Both the position numbers and the translations under genes were made by a program. The notes below the pieces were generated by a model that saw nothing but the letters and a program-made list of their open reading frames with translations, was not told the origin of the DNA and did not search any database. Below are positions 56,943-64,000 of a stretch of 64,000 bases of DNA, piece by piece. Origin of the DNA: a virus. Location: IMG/VR virus record IMGVR_UViG_3300034095_001343, positions 1 through 64,000 of that record. One strand, given 5' to 3'. The stretch's first letter is position 1, and each line of letters begins with the position of its first letter.

Positions 56943-59900
56943 TCAAAGATAACAATTATTAAAGTGATCTAAAAATTCTTGTTCATTTGTGAACTCACTA
57001 TTTTCAAACAACTCAATAAAATCTTCAAGGTCTTGCACCTTAAATTTCATATCTGGATTGTCTCTGTGAGCTTTAAGTTTGTTTCTATTATCTAATGCCG
57101 CCTGACTAAATGGATCATCAATATTTGAATCCCACCAAGTAGAAAGCTCTGGATATTTATTTTCACCAGCATCATTATCAGCAAGTAGATTATTGAAGAA
57201 TGAGTTAGCTGAGATATCAATTGCTCCACTAAGATCAATTAAATCTTCACCACCAGTTTCATCAACTTCAGGTTCTACAAGATCTTGATTTTCAATTGAT
57301 TCTGCAGACTCACTTACTTTACTAATATTCTCACCATTAACTTGGATACCTTTTTCAGTAGCTACTACACTAGAACCTGCTGAAATTTTTACACCTTTTT
57401 CCAAATCAATGTTATCTAATACTGAGTCAATATCAATTGAATCAAAAGCTGCATCTAAAGGATCTGAAGAGTTTACACTATTTACAAAGCTTCTTAATTT
57501 TTTTGTAGTAGGTCTTTCTCCAAACATAAATCCAATTGGATTCTGAGCAGTTGAACCTTTTATGTCTACTTCAACGTATTCAGCATAACTACCAACAGCC
57601 TTATTATTAAAATTGATTAAATTTTCTGCTGGGAATAAGCTTTGTGTTTTTGCAAGTACATAGTATCTATACTCAGCTTTATATTCTGATCCAACATTTT
57701 GTCTAACAACCATTGGGAATTCTACTTCAGTGTGATAGTCAGAACCTTTCTTAAGATTGATATTCTTAAAACCCGCCTTAATTAATTCTTCTTTGTTTTT
57801 ATCAAAAGTATCCGCCAATTGCTTAGTTAATTTAGAAACAGGTGGAGTATTTCTTACTGAAGAAACATTGTTTGTTTTATCAAGTCTAGAAATACCAGCA
57901 TATAAATCTACAACTAATCTTCGTACCAAGCCTGAAGCATTTACGTGAACAGGAGCTCTTAAGATAGCAGGATCTGCAACTTTTGCAGCTTTCTTTTCTT
58001 CTGCAGACTTCTTAGCCTTAGGATCAATGTTATATTGAAGATCTTGTAAAAGTTTTGCTTTTACATATTCAAATACAACCGGACTATTCTTTTTAAAGTC
58101 TGCAAGTTCTGGTGCTGAAATCAAATCTTTTGCAAAAATAACTTGCTTTCTTTCTGCAATCATATTTGTTAACTGCTCTACTTGCTCATCAAAGATTGTA
58201 ATAAAGTCTCCTGCTTCAGCATTTGTGTAGTAAGAAGACTCTATTCTATTCATATCCTTTTTGAAGAACAAGCCAAATGCATTATCCAAACCTCTAACTG
58301 AGCTATTACCAACACTACCTTGTTTTGCAACGTTATCTCCAAATACATAAATGGCTTCAGGATTAGATGTTGCAAGTGCTTTAGTAAATACTTTAGGCTC
58401 AATAGTAATACCTTTTGTTTCTGGAGCATAGATTGCAGCTCTTACTTTTTTAATCACATAAGCATTAGGAGCTGAAGTTAGATAACCTTGCATGAAATCA
58501 ATAACCAAATCATCCAGCTGCATACCAAATGTTGACTGAAATACAGTATCATTAGGTCTTTCTATTGCTGCTTGTACAGTATCAATATGAGATAAGTAAC
58601 CATCAAGAGCAATTGGAGCTACAGATTCTACAATAGATTTATAACCATACTGAAGACCATCTTTAACCATCATATAATGAACAAGTGTCTTTGCATCAGA
58701 TCTTGTTAAAGGATTTGCATACAAAGTCATAAAGCCATTTTGGATATCTAGCTTTTGTGAATCATTATATCTTAAGAATGTATTTGCTCCCGCTAAATTT
58801 AAACCAGTCTTATTACCTTTCAAATTTGCTTTCTCTGTGATGATAAAAGACTTTAAGAAATAATTATTAGCACCTTCTTCAGTTGCTCTAAGTCTGTCTA
58901 ATACTGCGGTTATATTCTCAACACCATCTTGATTATAAATTAATCCATTAGTAAGAGTAGCTACAGACTGTGCGTTATTAACTAAACCATTATGCATGTA
59001 AGCCTTAATAGTTAAGTATGATAAAAAGTCTCTAGCAATTTTAGTTTTAGTTTTATCTCTTAGTTCATAAGGTAGATTGTTTACAGTACTTTGGTAAACT
59101 ACTTCATCAGTTACTCTTCTAAATAGAGGGCTTGCTGAAAGAACCACTTTAGGTAATAAGAAATTAGTAAACTCCTGGAATCTTTCAAGATAACCAGCTT
59201 GCCATGTTTCACCTTTAAATATAGGTCTAGCATCAATCATTGGTCTATTAACACCTAATGCTAAGAACTCTTTGTCAGATAAGTTAAGACCTAACTTTTC
59301 TGTTGCTTCATTTCTCTTATCAATTGCTTCAAGACCTTGACCTAAACCATTGGTAAGATTTATGATGTCTCCCATATATTTTGTAGTGTTAGATAAACTA
59401 GCAGCATTTAAGAATTGTTCTAAGATTGAAATTTCTTCAATCACCTGCATTTTTGTAATCTCACCATTTTCTCTAAGTTCAGCCATATCAGCTTTAGTAG
59501 CAGTTGCTTTAATTAAAGGAGTGTCAATTGCTTCCATCAAAGAATTTTGAGTAACAGAAGTTCTTATCTTTTCTTCTTTCTTCTCAAGAAATGCTGTTTG
59601 TAATGCTATAATTCTTTCTTCTACAATACTTCTTGCATATACTTTTTTATCTGCAGAAGCATTAGCTTCCATAAAATAAGCTTGTCTAATAACAGGGTGG
59701 TTAACCAAAAGAACTGAAGTCTTTACAGGAACGCCTAAAGCTATTAGATTAGCTACAATAGAAAGAGCATTGATATTAAGACCAAGCTTAGCCAAAAGTC
59801 TTTCTTTAGCGTTATCCGTTGCTGCAGTAATTAAAGCAGATAAGATATACTGAGTTCTTTGACCTTGACTACCATCTTCATTTAACTCAAATGTATTTCT

Positions 59901-62900
59901 AAAGTTGCTGAATGTAACTCCTCCAAATTCAATTTGAGGCAATACTTCTTCACCGCCAACTTTAGTGCTGGCAATTTTTACATCATACTCTTGAAGAAGA
60001 TTTAAGTATAGGTTAGGTAATACAACCGCACCAATTGATCTAGAACCTTCTTTGTTGTTAGCAAACATTCTAAGCTTGCCGTATAGGTTGTCTACATCAA
60101 TACCTTCTTCTTCAGACAAAGCGGCCCATTCAGGAAGTTCTGTCTTAAGTTCATCCCAAAGATCCTTTAAAACTTCTATATCTGCAGCCTCATAAGAAAT
60201 TGCCACAGCTGTTCTTTGTTTACCGTTTTTATCCAACGCAGGCTTACCAGTATTTACAGTAGTTGTTTTACCATTCTTATCTAGGAATAAAGGTTTTCTT
60301 TCTGTAACATGGTCATTACCCATAAGAGCAACTTTGTAATCAAGAATATCATTGTTGATTGCTGCAGCATATGGTTCATGTCCAAATTTTTTCTTATAAG
60401 TCTTATATTGAGCTAAAGTAACAGGCATTCCTAATACTAAAAGAGCATTTATTGAATCTTCTTTTAAACCACGACTTTGAGCAGTTAATAAATCTGAATT
60501 TGTAATGCTTATATTCTTACCCGTACCCCTTCCATTATATTTATATAATGCTTCTCCATATATAGAATCTGAATCTTTTACTTTTTCGTTTACATATCTA
60601 ACATAATCTAAATATTTATTATCTTCTGTTTTAGCTTTACCATATTCAAAGAACTCTCCATTCTTTTCATAAAACTCTTTAAACTGCATGTAAACCTTAT
60701 CAATATCAAAGTCAGCTCCTGATATCTCAATAAGTTCTCTTGCAAACACACCAGAAGAACCATAAGCGGCAGGCATAAAGTCTATCCACTTAACGTTATA
60801 AGTTGAATGGTTATCTTGTGAAGGAATACGTACAGCAAACATTTTACCTACAACATCAGGAATAGATTTTCCTTTAAGTTGTAATTCTTTCATCACTTCT
60901 TTGTGATGAGGTGGTAATAACATCTCACCATACTTTTGTCCTGTTGCTTTTCCTTTTGAGTCATACTCTTTCATGTTATGTCTCAAACGGTCAATAATAA
61001 CAACACCGGCACCTTTAGATTTTTTTACTGCATCTTTAAGACCTGCAATATTTTCATCATTACCAGGATAAGAACCTTCATCAATATTAAATAGAATGTC
61101 AGGCTTACTAGCCATAGCTTCATATTGTGCTTCAGTAATAATCTCATGTTTATCTGGCATACCGTTTTCATCTACAGAAAGAACTCTTCTGTAAACTCTT
61201 ATACCATAGTCAGAAACCAATGATACTGTTGCACCAGGTACCTTCTCATTAAATACACTCTTACTAAAATAGCTCATAAATAAATTCAAGAACTTATCAT
61301 AAGTAAGAGGGTTGTTAAGATTATACTTTTGATTTCCTGATTCATCAAGTGAGAATAGTTCCATCAAATGACTTGAAGAACCTGTAGATGCAAGACTGGC
61401 TTCAGCATATCTTAAGTATGTATAAAGATCTGCAGTAATAGCATTTTCTTTAATACTCTTCTGAAGTTCATCCATTGCGTAGTCTACATCAAAAGAGAAT
61501 ACTAAATTTCTCTTGTTGATATAATTCAAGTTACCTCTATCTCTAGTTGCTTTGTGATAAGCAGCTCTTACCTCACCTAATGTTAATTTCTCACCATTGA
61601 TGATTACTTCTGTTGAATCATTTTGTTCTGAAGTAACCAAGGTCTTAACCTGAGTAGGATCTGTTATAACAGTTTTGTTAGATGGGTTGATTACCTGCAA
61701 TCCTAAATAATTAGCATCAAGAGTAACAGATTGATCTTGCCCTAATGGAGTTGTTGTTCCAGTAACACCATGAATGTTAGATACATTCTTTTGCATCATC
61801 TTTAAGGCTGATCTTGGAGCAGCTACTGAAACTGTATCATTTTCTTTTTCAAATGCTTCAAGCTTAACTCTTAAGTTATGTAAAGCAAGTTTGTTAGGTT
61901 TAGGAATAGTGTAGTTACCTTCAGAATCTTTCAATGAAGTAAACTGTGGTAATAATGGGAATGCAGACATCTTAACAAATGTTTTACCATCTGCATATAC
62001 AAGCTTCTGAGAGTTGAGCATTTCTTGTCTCTTAGCATATCCTGTAGATTCTTCTGTCCCAAAAATATCCTCAGCACTAATATCCTCACCTCTTTCAATT
62101 CTATCAAACAATTCTGCTTGAGCCGGAGTAAGTTTACCAAAACCATATTGGAAGTTACGGAAAGCTTTAGTAGTCATCCATAACTGAGCATCCGCATTCT
62201 TAACTTCACCTACATTGTATGTTGCATTAACAATAGGTTCTGTTAATTCAAACAATGAGATTTCTTGTAATGGTTTAAAAATACCATACTCTGGTGCAGC
62301 TACTGTACTTGCAGCACTATAGTAAGATGCAGATTGTGCTTTTGCTCTTTTAATTTCATCAACAGCATCTTTCAAACTATAAGCACTATCACCTAACAAA
62401 ATCTGATTGATAGCTGTGGTATTAATATAATCATTAAAGAAGATCTGCTTTAAGTTGTATTCAGTATCTTCAGGAATAATGTTTAGTAATCTAGCAGATT
62501 TTTGGGCATCTCCAGTTACTGCACCACCTGCTGTCTGAATACCATTGGTTAAGAAAGTTCCTAACCCACCTTGTGAATCAACAACTTTCTTGTTAGTTTT
62601 TGAACCAACAAGTTCATCTAGTGTAATATTAAACTCTGCAAATTCTTGGTCCATTCTATTTTGCAAGAATGCTTTCAACTCTGATTCCTTTATACCAAGC
62701 TTTTGGATAGCTTCAGCAAAAGTTAATCCTGCAAACTCTGGAGAACGTGCAGCTTCGGTTAGTTTATTTACGTAACCTTCTACTTCAAATCCACCAACAA
62801 GACCTGCAACTTGTTCCATTAAATTAGCTTCTCCAGCTTCCATCAAATCATACATGTACATAGGTTTCTTACCTTGTAAGAAATTTTGCTCATTGCTTGA

Positions 62901-64000
62901 CTCTACATAGAACTTCTTAGTTCCAATACGTACTTCATATTTGAACTGATCATTTTGAATAAGTGAAATAGAACCCTTAAGATCTTCAAAGATTCTTTCT
63001 CTATTCTCAGGAGTAACTCTTACCAAACCTCTACCAATAATTCTCTTTGGTACATTCTTATCTCCATCTTTAGTTTTTACAATAGCATCACGGACAACAC
63101 CTGTAGATGTAAAACCAATAAACTGTTCTGCAGCTTTTTTATCATATACAAGAGAAGTCTGATCTCCTTTTTCAATTCTCGCTAACTTGATATCAGAAGT
63201 TTGAATTGTAACAATACCTTGACGGCTTTCTTTCTTCTGACCTAGTGGACTTAAAAGAACACCTGTTTTATGGAAGTTGAAAGCTCTAGCTTTATTTACA
63301 CTATCACTTGCTACATTGATAGGAATGATTTCTTCAGTTCCTGTCTCTGCATTTGGAATTGCGAGTGCGTTATATCCAACATGTAACTCTTGAGTTGCAG
63401 TTTCAGGATTAGATTCTCTTTGTATTCTTGCAAATTCTACAGCAACATTATTCAATATAGCATCAAGAGCTTCTTCTGTTAAAATAGTTTTCCCCCCTTT
63501 TTTATCTACAGCTTTAAATACAGGAAGAGTAATCATGTCACCAGTATTTGATGCTTCAAGTACACGTAAAAGTACTGGAGCTAATGTAGCAACCTCTATA
63601 GTTCCATCTTCTTTTGTCCAGGAAACAGTATTAACTTTTCCAGTCAAAGGATCTACAGCATATGTGTAAGAGTTAATCAAGTTAAGAATAAACTCTCTTG
63701 GAGTTGAATCACCATAGGTTGTGCCTGATGACGGAGTTCTACCTGAAGTTTCAGACATCAAACCATTTTCATCTACATCTATATTTCCTGTTTTTGAACC
63801 GGCAATTCTTAGAATTCTTAATCTACCTTCTGCAGAAAGCTGTTTAAAAGCCTCACTGTTTAATAAAAAGTTATTTATAAGATACTCATCTGAATTCTTA
63901 AGTTCTTCAATCTTAGAACCTTCACCGGCAACATCATTCAATGCAGCTATTTGTTTCAGGTGAAATGAAGGTAATTGGTGAGCATATACCAAGTCTCCAT
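56943..64000 (-). CDS. Virion RNA polymerase, crAss-like (5'-partial, runs off the window)
   Basis: RIPSQ and GADFDIDK (DFDID at 60699-60713); frame open to the window edge. Confidence 0.88.
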   Translation of the reverse strand, partial: GDLVYAHQLPSFHLKQIAALNDVAGEGSKIEELKNSDEYLINNFLLNSEAFKQLSAEGRLRILRIAGSKTGNIDVDENGLMSETSGRTPSSGTTYGDSTPREFILNLINSYTYAVDPLTGKVNTVSWTKEDGTIEVATLAPVLLRVLEASNTGDMITLPVFKAVDKKGGKTILTEEALDAILNNVAVEFARIQRESNPETATQELHVGYNALAIPNAETGTEEIIPINVASDSVNKARAFNFHKTGVLLSPLGQKKESRQGIVTIQTSDIKLARIEKGDQTSLVYDKKAAEQFIGFTSTGVVRDAIVKTKDGDKNVPKRIIGRGLVRVTPENRERIFEDLKGSISLIQNDQFKYEVRIGTKKFYVESSNEQNFLQGKKPMYMYDLMEAGEANLMEQVAGLVGGFEVEGYVNKLTEAARSPEFAGLTFAEAIQKLGIKESELKAFLQNRMDQEFAEFNITLDELVGSKTNKKVVDSQGGLGTFLTNGIQTAGGAVTGDAQKSARLLNIIPEDTEYNLKQIFFNDYINTTAINQILLGDSAYSLKDAVDEIKRAKAQSASYYSAASTVAAPEYGIFKPLQEISLFELTEPIVNATYNVGEVKNADAQLWMTTKAFRNFQYGFGKLTPAQAELFDRIERGEDISAEDIFGTEESTGYAKRQEMLNSQKLVYADGKTFVKMSAFPLLPQFTSLKDSEGNYTIPKPNKLALHNLRVKLEAFEKENDTVSVAAPRSALKMMQKNVSNIHGVTGTTTPLGQDQSVTLDANYLGLQVINPSNKTVITDPTQVKTLVTSEQNDSTEVIINGEKLTLGEVRAAYHKATRDRGNLNYINKRNLVFSFDVDYAMDELQKSIKENAITADLYTYLRYAEASLASTGSSSHLMELFSLDESGNQKYNLNNPLTYDKFLNLFMSYFSKSVFNEKVPGATVSLVSDYGIRVYRRVLSVDENGMPDKHEIITEAQYEAMASKPDILFNIDEGSYPGNDENIAGLKDAVKKSKGAGVVIIDRLRHNMKEYDSKGKATGQKYGEMLLPPHHKEVMKELQLKGKSIPDVVGKMFAVRIPSQDNHSTYNVKWIDFMPAAYGSSGVFARELIEISGADFDIDKVYMQFKEFYEKNGEFFEYGKAKTEDNKYLDYVRYVNEKVKDSDSIYGEALYKYNGRGTGKNISITNSDLLTAQSRGLKEDSINALLVLGMPVTLAQYKTYKKKFGHEPYAAAINNDILDYKVALMGNDHVTERKPLFLDKNGKTTTVNTGKPALDKNGKQRTAVAISYEAADIEVLKDLWDELKTELPEWAALSEEEGIDVDNLYGKLRMFANNKEGSRSIGAVVLPNLYLNLLQEYDVKIASTKVGGEEVLPQIEFGGVTFSNFRNTFELNEDGSQGQRTQYILSALITAATDNAKERLLAKLGLNINALSIVANLIALGVPVKTSVLLVNHPVIRQAYFMEANASADKKVYARSIVEERIIALQTAFLEKKEEKIRTSVTQNSLMEAIDTPLIKATATKADMAELRENGEITKMQVIEEISILEQFLNAASLSNTTKYMGDIINLTNGLGQGLEAIDKRNEATEKLGLNLSDKEFLALGVNRPMIDARPIFKGETWQAGYLERFQEFTNFLLPKVVLSASPLFRRVTDEVVYQSTVNNLPYELRDKTKTKIARDFLSYLTIKAYMHNGLVNNAQSVATLTNGLIYNQDGVENITAVLDRLRATEEGANNYFLKSFIITEKANLKGNKTGLNLAGANTFLRYNDSQKLDIQNGFMTLYANPLTRSDAKTLVHYMMVKDGLQYGYKSIVESVAPIALDGYLSHIDTVQAAIERPNDTVFQSTFGMQLDDLVIDFMQGYLTSAPNAYVIKKVRAAIYAPETKGITIEPKVFTKALATSNPEAIYVFGDNVAKQGSVGNSSVRGLDNAFGLFFKKDMNRIESSYYTNAEAGDFITIFDEQVEQLTNMIAERKQVIFAKDLISAPELADFKKNSPVVFEYVKAKLLQDLQYNIDPKAKKSAEEKKAAKVADPAILRAPVHVNASGLVRRLVVDLYAGISRLDKTNNVSSVRNTPPVSKLTKQLADTFDKNKEELIKAGFKNINLKKGSDYHTEVEFPMVVRQNVGSEYKAEYRYYVLAKTQSLFPAENLINFNNKAVGSYAEYVEVDIKGSTAQNPIGFMFGERPTTKKLRSFVNSVNSSDPLDAAFDSIDIDSVLDNIDLEKGVKISAGSSVVATEKGIQVNGENISKVSESAESIENQDLVEPEVDETGGEDLIDLSGAIDISANSFFNNLLADNDAGENKYPELSTWWDSNIDDPFSQAALDNRNKLKAHRDNPDMKFKVQDLEDFIELFENSEFTNEQEFLDHFNNCYL

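Noticed and set aside
51936-63963. Short + strand ORFs opposite the giant genes, and similar antisense ORFs elsewhere
   Set aside because: Shadow ORFs of long coding frames, with no motifs or plausible leaders

Overview
This is an AT-rich dsDNA phage segment, most likely a crAss-like (Crassvirales-related) phage of a Bacteroidota host. The call rests on a giant virion RNA polymerase with the DFDID motif, crAss-type PolB, primase and DnaB genes, and TTG-N20-TAnnTT(T)G promoters. Layout: (1) ~1-8.2 kb is an early region of small ORFs and dense structured non-coding DNA, including two tRNA-shaped RNAs whose anticodon arm is replaced by unrelated cargo and which flank mgsA; (2) ~8.2-37.4 kb is a + strand replication and nucleotide-metabolism block with an attC-like mini cassette array, three group I introns (two in an AAA/Sak4-like ATPase gene with a 52-nt micro-exon, one in the HExxH codons of a metallopeptidase-vWA gene) and a free-standing HNH gene; (3) 37.4-47.2 kb is a - strand late block of small basic proteins, lysis candidates and tail fibres; (4) nrdB (with an intein) and nrdA; (5) two giant - strand virion proteins, the second running off the window. 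Standard code 11 explains all ORFs once splicing is considered. I saw no CRISPR array, reverse transcriptase/DGR or integrase. All calls are by-eye motif and pairing analysis; no searches were run.
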